Source: Octopus vulgaris
Taxonomy: Eukaryota
Reading direction: 5' to 3'
DNA length: 64,000 bases
NCBI GenBank assembly: GCA_951406725.2
Contig: OX597827.1
Location: 73,346,001-73,410,000, forward strand
Within the stretch, counting starts at the first letter, position 1, and each line of letters begins with the position of its first letter. Position numbers and translations under genes: made by a program. The notes beneath the pieces are model-generated. The model was not told the DNA's origin. It saw only the letters and a list, made by a program, of their open reading frames with translations, and did no database searches. Positions 25,263-37,825 of this stretch are shown one piece after another.

Positions 25263-26803
25263 CTAGCAGTATCGCCCGGCGTTGCTCGGGTTTGTAAGGG
25301 AAATAACTATATAAGCATTTTTAGTGAGTTATAGCCCAAAAATAGCAAAAAAATGCATTAAAAATGGAATAAAAAATGATGGTAATTTTGGTGTCTTCAA
25401 GCCATGAAGTCGTTGTTCTAAAAGAACGCTGGTCTCCTTGACAATGCTTTACGACGTTGATTTCCTTACACTCCCTTCCCCACAGCTTCACGAGGGAGGG
25501 AAGAAGGGGGAGAAGCAACACAGCTGCAGGTGTGACCATGGACGCCAACTCCGCCGCCATCGACACAGGAAAAATATGCGTTAAAATGGAAAAAAATGAT
25601 GTTAAATTATTTTAAAATCGTAGACTCATTGTAGACGCGCGCTAATACTCAGACGGGCTCGATATGAATCACGACTATAAGATACCCGAATTTGGTTAAA
25701 CTGCACCGCAAAATGTGGGAGTAGTTAGGAATCTAAATTGAAGGAGACAGACACTCACACAACTACAGTTTTATATATATACTAGCAGTATCGCCCGGCG
25801 TTGCTCGGGTTTGTAAGGGAAATAACTATATAAGCATTTTTAGAGAGTTACTTCCCTTATAGATGCCAATTCGGGCTTTCTTAGCCATTTCTGCTTTGGT
25901 GTCTTCAGGCCATGAAGTCATTGTTCTAAAAGAACGCTGGTCTCCTTGACAACGCTTTACGACGTTGATTTCCTTACACTCCCTTCCCCACAGCTTCACG
26001 AGGGAGGGAAGAAGGGGGAGAAGCAAACAGGTGCAGGTGTGACCATGGACGCCAACTCCGCCGCCATCGACACACGAAAAATTATGCATTAAAATGGAAT
26101 AAAAAATGATGTTAAATTATTTTTAAAATCGTAGACTCATCGTAGACGCGCGCTAATACTCAGACGGGCTCGATATGAATCACGACTATAAGATACCCGA
26201 ATTTGGTTAAACTGCTCCGCAAAATGTGGGAGTAGTTAGGAATCTAAATTGAAGGAGACAGACACTCACACAACTACAGTTTTATATATATAGACTAGCA
26301 GTATCGCCCGGCGTTGCTCGGGTTTGTAAGGGAAATAACTATATAAGCATTTTTAGAGAGTTACTTCCCTTATAAATTCGGGCTTTCTTAGCCATTGTTG
26401 TTTTGGTGTCTTCAAGCCATGAAGTCGTTGTTCTAAAAGAACGCTGGTTTCCTTCACAACGCATTACGACGTTGATTTCCTTACACTCCCTTCCCCACAG
26501 CTTCACGAGAGAGGGAAGAAGGGGGAGAAGCAAACAGGTGCAGCTGTGAGCGTGGACGCCAACTCCGCCGCCATCGACATACGATGCATTTTATGCATTA
26601 AAATGGAATAAAAAATGATGTTAAATTATTTTTAAAATCATAGACTCATCGTTGACGCGCGCTAATAGTCAGACGGGCTCGATATGAATCACGACTATAA
26701 GATTCCCGAATTTGGTTAAACTGCACCGCAAAATGTGGGAGGAGTTAGGAATCTAAATCGAAGGGGACAGACACTCACACAACTAGAGTTTTATATATAT
26801 AGA
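25263..26803 (-). mobile_element. Three head-to-tail copies of a ~515-bp non-autonomous Helitron
   Basis: Units 25263-25781, 25782-26294 and 26295-26803. On the minus strand each ends with hairpin CCCGAGCAACGCCGGG plus CTAG. The array sits between A and T. Confidence 0.9.
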
Positions 26804-27020
26804 TATATAACCTATATTGTTAGTAGTAAACTCACTGCTTGTTACAAGGTGACCGGTAACCATTACAATATGTAGCGGCGAAAGGTCAACATGTTGTTCT
26901 GAGACTGACCAAGGAATTTTTATTTTTAGATATGAATGATGTACTTAAATGTAGTTATGTTTTTAGCTTCTGCTTTTTCCATAATCGCATGTGAGTATTT
27001 TATTTATATTCCCTCGTAAG

Positions 27021-27081
27021 CTCTACTGACGAAGAATGTATCCGTTATAGGATTATTTTCCGAAATTGATTCAATATAGAG
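27021..27081 (+). ncRNA. Type I hammerhead ribozyme candidate
   Basis: Stem I CTCTA/TAGAG, core CTGACGA, interrupted stem II, GAAA, stem III ATTG/CAAT, cleavage triplet AUA (A27076). Confidence 0.7.
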
Positions 27082-27309
27082 ATAGCGAAATTTAAATTTT
27101 CTAAAGGTTAGTTGCCCGCTTTCAGTTCAATTATACTGTAACAAGTGCATTAAAAAGTGGATAAATCAGTGTATTGGCTTTAGAATAACCTTCTTTAGCC
27201 CTTAATTATAAGATGTTTATACTTCAACTGTAAAGGTTTTTTAATATACTGCCACGCTTTATGATGGAATCCTTTTCTGTAAAGGGACTTCATCCTATAT
27301 TGTTAGTAG

Positions 27310-27344
<35 letters not shown>

Positions 27345-27353
27345 GTATATATG

Positions 27354-27387
<34 letters not shown>

Positions 27388-27510
27388 TGTATGTATGTAT
27401 GTATGTATGTATGTATGTACACACACACACACACATATATATATATAATATATATAAATATATACATACATATATGTACGTACCTTCATATATATGTATA
27501 TATACATGCA
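27310..27510. repeat. Compound (TA)n/(TATG)n/(CA)n microsatellite
   Basis: Directly visible. Confidence 0.95.
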
Positions 27511-28859
27511 TATATGGGTACAGGACATCACAAAACGTTGAACACAATGTGAAACGAAAACAAAAACATAGAAAACGAGCTTTTTTTCGAACAATGAAAT
27601 AAACAAACAGAGAAACGAGACATGATACACTTGTGTGAGTGAGTGTGTTTATGTTTGTCTGAGAATATATAGATATTGTTACGAATGGGGAAAATTACAA
27701 CTTCTAGTTCGCACGACGTGGATTAGAACACTCCTCTCTGGTTTTATAAGCGAAGGCAGTGTGGGTTTGGCGTAACTGGCTGTGTAAGCGAACGCAGTAC
27801 GATTTTGGGGGTCTCATTCATAGATTTCTTAATTAATTATTTTTTTTTTTGTAACTAAACAGTTTGAAACTTCGGATACTGGTTGAATGTGACACGTAGA
27901 ACGCGGTTTACTCTTAACGTTCTTAACAAAATTTTGTATCTTAAAGTTATTTCGTGATAAAAGTTGTCGTGTTAAAGTTGTCTTCAGCTGAAGAAAATTA
28001 CTGCTCTTTGCGAAAGTAATGGAAGAGCAGTAACTTCCGGGTCATCGGGTCATGAAAGAGAGAAAAGTATAAAAGAAAAGAAAGGTGGGTGAGAAAAACA
28101 GAAAGTTTTTTAACAGGGAATACATAACTGTGTGTGTGCGCGTGTATCCATATTACATGATGCTACATGCTATGAAACGGTCCAAAATTCTAGTCAACAA
28201 AATATAAGACTTTGTAAGATTAATAACTTTATACTGAGAAGGTCTTACAGAAAAAGAATATGACTATATTACCAATTTTAGATGAATACCTAGACTCTTA
28301 TATAGCATACAAAAGTCCACAACACTGAAAATAATAACTAAAGCATGCTAAGGATCTACTGACATATACATCAGTGTCTCCTTACCAAATGATTTGAAAT
28401 TAAGACAATAATAGCTGGTCCAGCATGGGAATAACTTTATAGAAATCCTTCTTGAGTTATTCCTCAAGCATACCAGAAGTTTCATAGCAGATACTAAAGC
28501 ATCTTCCGAAAACAGTTGCTGAAAATAACTGATAGAATCTTTCAATGTTCTGAGTCTTTATTCAAACGTCTCTCGCGAAATACGAATACAGGTTATTAAA
28601 TCCTGGTTGGATCATTATAACGATGACTTCCTCACCGCTTGACAAAGTATCTGTAATAGGACAAAAGTTTCTTCTGGAGACACTACTTTATGTTCCCATG
28701 ATAATTTTTATTCCTATTTTTATATCATTTCTTTATTTGTATGATATTCTAATCTATACATACACCCTCTATACAAGATATATATGTCATAAGTATATTA
28801 ATCTAATCCCTTTCATAAGCATGTAACCACCCTTTTATAAAGAAAAAAACCCCACAATC

Positions 28860-28965
28860 CTGAAGAGATTCTACCCGATATTATTCAAAATGATAATTAA
28901 TTCTCATCATTGGAATTCTTGAAATTATGCAATTATTTATAGGCTGGAATCGAAACGTACACGCA
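28860..28965 (+). ncRNA. Decayed hammerhead-like motif with long stem-loop II
   Basis: CTGAAGA-GATTCTA...~70 nt...TGGAATC-GAAACGTA. Confidence 0.45.
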
Positions 28966-29192
28966 AGCTTTTCTAAAAATTTATTTGTATTCAGATTTTA
29001 TCTTGGAATTATCTAAATGAATCAATTTACACCCTTACCAACTCTCCGTTTTCCCAGCTTTAATTAGATAATACTTATAACAATCCCATACATATTGGGG
29101 AGACTTTCCTTGAATGTGTTGGCGATTAAACCAGTGAAATTTTGGATACATTAATCCCTTGAGAAGATAATACATCCTAAAGTTGACTACAT

Positions 29193-29300
<108 letters not shown>

Positions 29301-29304
29301 ATAT

Positions 29305-29505
29305 ATGTGTAACGGGAAGCTTTATGAAAATATGGCGCTCAGGAATATAAATAAAACAAGTTTTTTACGTTTCGAGCCTACGCTCTTCAACAGAATGATA
29401 CACAGAAAAGAAACACGGAGAGAAACAAGAGGAGAAAAAAAATGCGTGCAGAAGCTAGCGAATCAACATGGCGATCTGATTTCACCAGAAGTCAAAGATC
29501 AAACG
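29305..29505 (-). mobile_element. PLE terminal fragment with hammerhead-like motif (29366-29393), abutting (TA)n
   Basis: Near-identical to parts of 37826-38070. Confidence 0.7.
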
Positions 29506-29523
29506 TGTATGTGTGTGTATGTT

Positions 29524-29556
<33 letters not shown>

Positions 29557-30997
29557 ATATGTGTGTTTATGTTTGTGTGTGTGTGTGTTTGTGTGTGTGA
29601 ATATATGCATGTGTGTACGAACGTATGTATGTGTGTGTGTGGGTGTAACATCATCATTGTCATCATCGTTTAACGTCCAACTTCTTTGCTCACCTGGTTT
29701 AACGTTTTGACAGAATGTGACAAGACAGCAAAATGCATCGAGCTCCAGTCCCTGCTTTGGTATGATTTCTACGATTGGTTGCTCGGCTCAACGCCAAGCA
29801 GTTTGCAGTGGGCTGGGGCTTTCTTTCTCGGTGATAGTAGCGCTAGTTAGGTCAGGAGCAAATTTCCAAGAGAATACTCCCTCGATTGAGTGGGGACACA
29901 GTTTTGAGGGATGTGGTTTCTGTCAGGTGTACAGGCGTTAAAGTATAATAACGTACAGGAACAAGTGTCTTGATGTAGAGGAGATATAGCACTACCTTTT
30001 ATGAAAGGTAAGAAATACATCACGGTGATGAGGTGTTAGGGGTTACCCTCAAGGGACAAAGGAAATATAAGTGAGAACAGAGAAAGAAAATCAGAAAGTG
30101 TAGGCAAGCAGTGATAAGTTAGCAATTCTGTGAAAAGAGAATGGGAAATGGTTAGTGATGGGGACAGAGAGGAATCCGGTGAATGTGGAACACGTGCAAG
30201 TATCGTTAAGGCTGAATCTCAGTTTTGGGACCACTCGATTTCGGTGATCGATGGACATTGCACCTCATTGTAATTTTTCTTCGTCTTATTTTAATCCACT
30301 TTTGTTATTTTAAAGTTCCCCGATTTGTATTGTCCCTTCTTTGTTGGCCCCTTGTGGGTAATAAAAAATCATGAATCTCAGTTTTGTGGGAGGGAGTGAA
30401 GGGATTAGGAGAGGATGAGTGAAGAGGTGGAGGAGAATATAAGTGATAGAATATAATAAAGGGTGTGAAAAGCAACAGTATAATGTGATCTTAGATAGAT
30501 GAGAAATGGGGAAGTTTCATGGTGTATGGGGTTTTCGGAATCGGAGTCTAGCGGGAAATAGAGGTGGAAATTGCGTATATGTGTGTTTGTATGAGTCATG
30601 TATATATGGGTGTATGTGATGTCGTGTGCATGTGTGTGTATTTCAAGAATGTGATAAATGTTATTTGTCAGTATACAATAATAGTGTAACATATTTTCGT
30701 TTATAGGATTTAAACTGTTGTTTTACGGAAACAGGATTATTATTGTTCTGCATATCTCAAACTTTCTTATATTAAAGGAATCTGTAGTGCAAACTATTTG
30801 TTTTTCATATGAATTAATACCTTCATATCTCTGCACGTTAGTCAAACAGAATTAAAAAATGTCGGGAATAAAAATTACGCTTTAAACAATAGTACTTTTT
30901 AGCAGTATCTTCAGACAACCAACTTTTAATGAAATTGTAATTTAAACAGAATATATAAGAATGTAATGTTCAGCAACCCTGCTAATTTGTAACTTAC

Positions 30998-31150
30998 GTT
31001 TTTGACAATATGGCTTTTTAAATCCAGGTAAGCATCCATTTTTACATTTACTAAGGATTTGGAACTGACAGTCACTAAGGTATTTACAGTTACATTGGTA
31101 TCTCTGGTCTTTCCCAAACAAGTCAACACCTTTATGATCGTTACAACTTT
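30998..31150 (-). CDS. Gene 1 exon: divergent EGF-like repeat
   Basis: TTTTCAG...GTAAGT, 153 bp, phase 1-1. Encodes (E)SCNDHKGVDLFGKDQRYQCNCKYLSDCQFQILSKCKNGCLPGFKKPYCQK. Confidence 0.88.
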
Positions 31151-32457
31151 CTGAAAACAAATAATACATCAACAATATTACAAAATCTCTTTCAATTATT
31201 GTCTTAATACATAATATTGATTTCCTTCATATTAAACTATATCTATGTTATATAAAAAGCTTTAGATGAATATAGCGTTGTGATTCATATAATTTAAAGA
31301 GCATTAGCAATCTCAGTGATAAGGAATAAATTAATCTAACTATTAGAATCGGTTCACAAACGGTTTACTTCTGCGACGCTCCTCTGTCTGCCCTAAACAT
31401 TAATTTACTATTTATCGCACATTTTTGATTTAAGAAGTGAAAGAAAATTGATAATTAGTGTCTATGAACTACAGATTCTGAGGGTTTTAAAATATATTTC
31501 GTGTATATATTTTCCTCACATTTAATGACGCATGCTTAATGCGTGTGTTGTTATTTAGCCGTCACTTAGCCTTAACTGAGTTGATCTACGATTGAAGGCT
31601 TTACACCTATGTCTATCCCATTTCTACTCAACCCATCCCATATATTTTTCTCTCAGAGAATTACTATATGAGTTTATCTGGTCAACTAACGGGAGGAGAG
31701 GTGCCACTCATCAATGCAGAATATTAGGTTTGTCATTTTTTTCTAATAATTCTGAATTATTGAAATTCTTAAAAATTTAAGAGGTTCTTTCCATTTGCTT
31801 TATTTACTCCCAGGAAAAACGGTGAGATGTGCCTAGTAGTACTGGGATAAATTGAAGATTTAACATTCGTAGAGGAGAATACACACACACGTATATTTTT
31901 TCTTAAGCTTTGTTAAAAACTGGTTATTCCACATTAAGAGCTTTGTCAACTTTTATTGCGTGGTATATAAATGTTTCACAACCTTCAAAGCAGAGGTCCA
32001 TTGTACACTTTTATGAACTCGAAAATACAATACAATTGTTTCGACACATCTAGCATCGATCCGTCACGGGTGGGATACTTCTCAACCGGGTCAGGCGCAT
32101 CTGACGTGCAGATGTGTCTCTTCGGGTGATTAACAGATATAACTCGTTAAAATAACAGTTCCGCAATGTATCTTCTCTCTTAGTGTAAAGAAAAGTAGCA
32201 AATTATAGGACATAGCTTCATTATAAATAAATTACTCCGCGTGTAATAATACGGGTGATATTCCCATCACTTTTCGAAGCAAAATAAATCCGAAAAGTAT
32301 TTGGTATGATAATATAAAATTAATCATATGAACACTGTAAACAAAAACATGTTAATGTTAACATCAGCTACATTTTAATATCTTATTATAACGAAAGGTA
32401 TCTATTTTGAAAAATTTAGAAATGAATATTTTCTGATATTTAAATTTAATATTATTA

Positions 32458-32527
<70 letters not shown>

Positions 32528-32895
32528 TATGTAGCCATGAGAAAACTTTTCTAATGCCTTCTGTCTAAAATTGATTCATAGTTATCAATTGATACATATC
32601 TTCTCTTGCTCTAAGTCATTCTCTGTCTTCTTATAAAATACACATCGTGGTCCTCTTTGTCTTCTTTACTGTGATGGTAATTTACAGAACGGAATCAGTA
32701 TTTCAGGCATGTATGAACATGTACACGTACAGATAATTACATATAAGAACACTCACAATGCAATAAGAAACCGCGCTCTAATGAAGGAATCGAAAACTAT
32801 TACAGGGTGATGGAACATGCAAAATATGAGAGTAAGATCTGTATCATGTTATTCTATTAAATGATATAAAATAACACTAATACTACTAAACGTAC

Positions 32896-32985
32896 CAGGT
32901 TTTCTGAAGCAAATACTTTTATTACAATTATTTTCTTCCTTCTCATTATCTGCGACACAATCTCCTTTGGTGATATCACATTGGT
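32896..32985 (-). pseudogene. Possible alternative or decayed Cys-containing exon
   Basis: AAG...GTACGT, 90 bp, phase 1-1. Encodes (D)QCDITKGDCVADNEKEENNCNKSICFRKP. An alternative in-frame acceptor exists at 33042. Confidence 0.4.
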
Positions 32986-33479
32986 CTTTAATATAAATAA
33001 AAATAGATCTTTTAATTTTTAAGTAGACATCAAGTGCAATAACTTAGAAATCTTGTAGAATATAAAAAAATGATATTTATGTTAATCCCAGCCGTATGAA
33101 TGCCATAAACCAAAATGTTTGTTAGTGAAAATAAAAATCTAGTGAAAACTGTTCAGCGAAAACACAAACTGGTATAATTCTAGAAACGCTTTAATATCCT
33201 AATATGCGTAGAGATTTTTTTGAACATCTTAACTGTTTATGAACGTGTTAATACATCAGTACGCAAAGGGGCTTGCTTCCCCCACCCCTCGAAAAATAGC
33301 AAATAGATTTATGTCTGTTGATGGGGAAAAAGTTTACCGTTACACATATCAGGATTACGTCCCCCTGAACTATGAAAGCCCCACATATTCGGTCTTATAT
33401 AGAAACGATACTGTTTCAGAACAGCTCTCTCCACAAACAGATTTGACGAAGCTAACAAGGCGTTATATGTTTTTAAATT

Positions 33480-33835
33480 GTATCTTACTTATTTCAGTCA
33501 TTAAATTGGATCCATGCAAGGGCAACGCATTGAAAAACTTCAGTAGAAAGAATCAGCACAAGTACTTTTTTTGTAAGCCTGGTGCTCATCCTATTGGCCT
33601 CATTTACCGAATGGCTAAGTTAGGGGACGTAAACATAACAACACCGGTTGTCCAGCGGTGGTCTGTAAGAAATACAGACGCAATAAGAATTCTATCAATT
33701 TCCGACCACGACTACTCACAAGGTATTGATTGGCCCGAGGCTATCCCAGAAGACACCTGCTCAATGTGCCACGCGGTGGGACTGAGCCTGGAATCATATG
33801 GTTGGGAAGAACACTTCTTACAATACAGCTGCACC
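33480..33835 (-). mobile_element. SINE family B, degenerate
   Basis: Reverse complement of the head/CORE region: GGCCCGAGGCTAT..AGAAGACAC.TGCTCAA.GTGCCACGC.GTGGGACTGA. Confidence 0.7.
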
Positions 33836-33989
33836 TTTTTCTTCTCATCAACACAAAATACATTCATTTATATAATACATAAATACACATATATGTATGT
33901 GCGTGTGCAGATATACAGACAGACACACACACACGTATAATCGAGTTTGTTTTGTTTTGTTTTGGAGCGAAGAGAATTGCACTTTTATA

Positions 33990-34078
33990 TTTATTTCTTT
34001 ACTACCCACAAGGGGCTAAACACAGAGGGGACAAACAAGGACAGACAAAGGGATTAAGTCGATTACATCGACCCCATT
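33990..34078 (-). mobile_element. SINE family A 3' fragment
   Basis: TTTCTTTACTACCCACAAGGGGCTAAACACAGAGGGG... Confidence 0.8.
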
Positions 34079-35974
34079 GCGTGGCACACTGGTGGGAGTA
34101 TCATCTGTATGGACTTCAAAGCTTAGGTCGCTATTTAATTAGATATTTTAGGAATCCGTTATAGGTTTACTTATAGAATTATTAATTTACCGATACTCTT
34201 TTTGTACATAGGATAAATGTGTTTCTTTGTTGTAGTTTAATTAATAATGTTAGTGTTTAATCCTTCCTAGAATTAAGATTGAATGAATGTGGTGATATCT
34301 AAGGTATGTTTGTTCCTAAACAACACTTATTTAAGTGCTGTTGACACCGCTGGATTGAATGGTACTGCCCAGCTGTCGAAACCATAGTGGTATCATATAT
34401 ATATATATATTTATATATATATGTATATATATATATATAATACAAATAAGAAAATGGACAAACAAATTCAGTTTGTTCATCAACTTACGAATATTACAAT
34501 GTTACATTATTTATTATCCTGTATATTAGTTTCTTAGTGAAATGGTCCCTGGTTGCTATGGATATATCTTTCAGCGATGAATCATTCCATATTTTCTCCA
34601 TTTTTCCAACAGTATTCATTTTGAGGATTCAATATACTATACTTAAATGCATTCACTTATACTAGCAGTACTTCAAATATTGCATAGATAATTCATACAT
34701 ATACAAGTATTAGTAATAGATATTCCTCAAATAATTAACTTTATAGTAGACGGTAAGATAAGGCTTATGGATGTAACCCAGTATGGGATATCAATTATCC
34801 AATATACTGTTGGTAAAATACCCAAATTTATAATACACAAATGTTTTTAATTGCTATGCAATTAATTCATTTATAGTGGGTTAAATGAATACGGAAGACG
34901 GAATACGGTCGGTGATCTGAAGAGACATATGAATGGTAGAAATGCGCGTAATGAAGCATTAAATGTTTATAAATTCCATCCAAAGGTTAGTGTTGTCATT
35001 ACTATTATATTTATCTTGCGTTATATCTGTGCAGCTCGATGCTACCTCAAGAGACAGGTTCGCCAGTCAGTATCGTTAGGCTGTGGCCGGCATAATGGAA
35101 TAGGAGCTTTATGTGCATATTCAAAAGGGGTCTCATAAAATATTTAAAAGACACACACACAGAGACGAGTAAGCACAAACACAAAACAAGGTGAAAAAGA
35201 ACAATACACGAATACCGAAGGTAGAGTAAAGTACTTTTTATTAAAGCTACAAAATCATCGCAAAACAGTTACTCAAAGATTCACGCTTCCGCCCGTCAAA
35301 CTGTTGTGGCCAGGACTGGAATAAAATTGTGATGTTGCATATAACATATGATTTGATGTCAAATCATAAATGTACCAACAAAATTTTATTCCGGTTTTGT
35401 GATTTTGTTTTGCAGCTGTAATAAAGAAGTGAACAAAAACAACAGATATTGATATTCCTCTTTCGTTTTGAGTCTTCAACGTCATATCCTGGACTCAACT
35501 CGAGACGAACTGTGTCATTGGTCGGACAGATATATGGAAGTTGAGTAAGTGTACATGCTGATGTGCTTTGGGGTAACACGAGTAGAACAACATTAAAGTG
35601 GTGTCACGAGCGTGTATAAGTGGATACCAACAACTCCCACTAGATATGAAGGAAAGTTAGAAGCTGGATCGCAAACGGTAGCCAGGAGGCCAAGTCCTCT
35701 ATTTAGCTTATATATGTGGTGGGTTTTCGTTTGTTTATTGCTTTATAACTCAATATAAGGGAAGCGGGCTTGGTGGTGTGGCTAAGATGCTCGTTTGGCA
35801 ATTTTTTTAGTCCTGTTTTTAATCCATCAACGTGAAATTCTTTGTGAGCGTTTTTAATAATCGATCATCTACAGTTTTATGATTTAGTTGATGTAAACAG
35901 TATGGAAGCCCATCGGAACGTCCTGAACCTGTTTTAGGTTTACGCCTAACCTCTCGTTCAGTTTAACACCACCA

Positions 35975-36825
35975 CATGGGTGTTATGTTTAATAAAAGAA
36001 ATACTTATTTAACTATATAACTAAGATTTAACATTATTTCCTTGAAATAGTCATCTTGCACAGCAATACACAGTTTCCAGCGTTCATACCATTTTTGGAA
36101 TCCTGTCTGGAAGTCGTTTCCCGTAAGTAAGTCGGGGACCTTCTATGATCCGGTCTGGATCTCGACAAGTGTGGTAAAACGGCGACGGGGAAGAAATGCC
36201 AGTCCTCAGTTGCTAAACCCAGCGAATAGGAATGGTGAAAAGCAATACCATGTCGCTTTTGGCGAGAAATTCACGCGTGAGGAGAGCTCGGTTACAGGCT
36301 GCATTTTCTTCCCGAAGAATCCAATTCTTCGCGCTCCACAGACCCGATGGCTTTCCTGAATGACCTTCCCCAACGCTTCAAAACATCGGATTAAAAATCC
36401 CAATCGATTCTCAGGCCCTGCAGCACAAATTCTCGATGCACAATACTATATTTTCCGGCGTTTCTGTCGTGGTAGGTCTTCCATTTGGTTTATCATATTC
36501 GAGGAAAGTTGGTCTGCTTTTGAATCGCTCGTTCCACTCGAAACATTGCGTACGATCCATTGCTTCATGGTCGTAAGCATGTTTGATGTCTGTGTAGCAG
36601 ACTTCCCAAGTTTAACGCAAAATTTCACGTTGGATCCATCTACTTGTCCATGACAAAATCGCAAACTACAGCATACACGGGATCACAAACTAGAAGATGC
36701 ACAACTCGCAAAGTAAACTCAGCAATGTCACTCAGTATATTACCTCATGAAGGCCACTGCTAGCTCTCACTGCACACTCAACCATGTGCTACCATCTCAT
36801 GGCGCGCTACTGTACTGGTTGATAC
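35975..36825 (-). mobile_element. Decayed mariner transposon
   Basis: N-terminal NVKFCVKLGKSATQTSNML HTH motif and C-terminal mariner-like remnants at about 36040-36260. Confidence 0.75.
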
Positions 36826-36837
36826 CACTTCATAAGG

Positions 36838-37624
36838 TGATCAATAAGTATCCGGGCTCTTGCCATAGTAACGAAGCTAATACACACAGTAAAGTCGCCT
36901 GGCAAAAATTAACCGTGAACTCTGCTGTGCAGTAATTTTAACTTTCTAGCTTACTTTCGCTGTTTTCTGCAATACTTGATAGGAAGGTGTGTAGCGTGTT
37001 ATAGTCGCATTGACCATGACAGAGGAAGTTGTCATGGTGACACCTGCTCAGAGACCTACACAAAATTGCAGAAAGTATATGGCGAAGAGTGTATGAGCCG
37101 CACGCATATGTACAAGTGTTTCAGACGTTTCCAAGATTGCCGGTATTGACGAACATTCCAGGAAAGTTGCAACCAGAGGAAAACATCGCAGATGTGCGTG
37201 CAGCTCTGAGGGGAAATCGTCGAATAAATATCCGTGAATTATCAGAGGATGTGCAGATTAGTTCCGGTTCAGTTCAGTCCATTATCACTAGCGATTTGGG
37301 TATGAGACGCGTATCTACCAAGTTTGTGCCAAAACTGCTTTCAGATGACCAAGAAGATACACAGGTTTCAGTTGCACAAGATTTCCTTGATTGTGTCGAG
37401 AACGATGAAAATGTTTTGAAAACTTTGCGTAACCCTCTTAGCAGGTATCGCTAAGCTTTTCACAAACTTTAGCCCAGATTCTCTGCTCAATTTTCTCCTT
37501 CCAAGCACTGCTGCAAAGAAGGGAAGTGAGCTACAATATTAAATCTTAGAGCGCATGCGCAGCGGCTTCACTCTGCGTGCTTTAGCTTCGTCACTATGAC
37601 AACAGTCCGGATACTCATTGATCA
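36838..37624 (+). mobile_element. Internally deleted mariner transposon with ~43-bp terminal inverted repeats
   Basis: IRs at 36838-36880 and 37582-37624. Peptide NRRINIRELSEDVQISSGSVQSIITSDLGMRRVSTKFVPKLLS carries a WVPxxL-like motif. Confidence 0.9.
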
Positions 37625-37626
37625 TA

Positions 37627-37690
<64 letters not shown>

Positions 37691-37748
37691 CTTTATGTAT
37701 ATATATATATGTATATGTATGTATGTATGTATGTATGAGAATTTGATG

Positions 37749-37787
<39 letters not shown>

Positions 37788-37825
37788 CATTTATATATAT
37801 GTATATATACATATATATGTATATA

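Noticed and set aside
33239-33940. 233-aa ORF
   Set aside because: It runs through an antisense SINE B and a microsatellite and has no domain signature.
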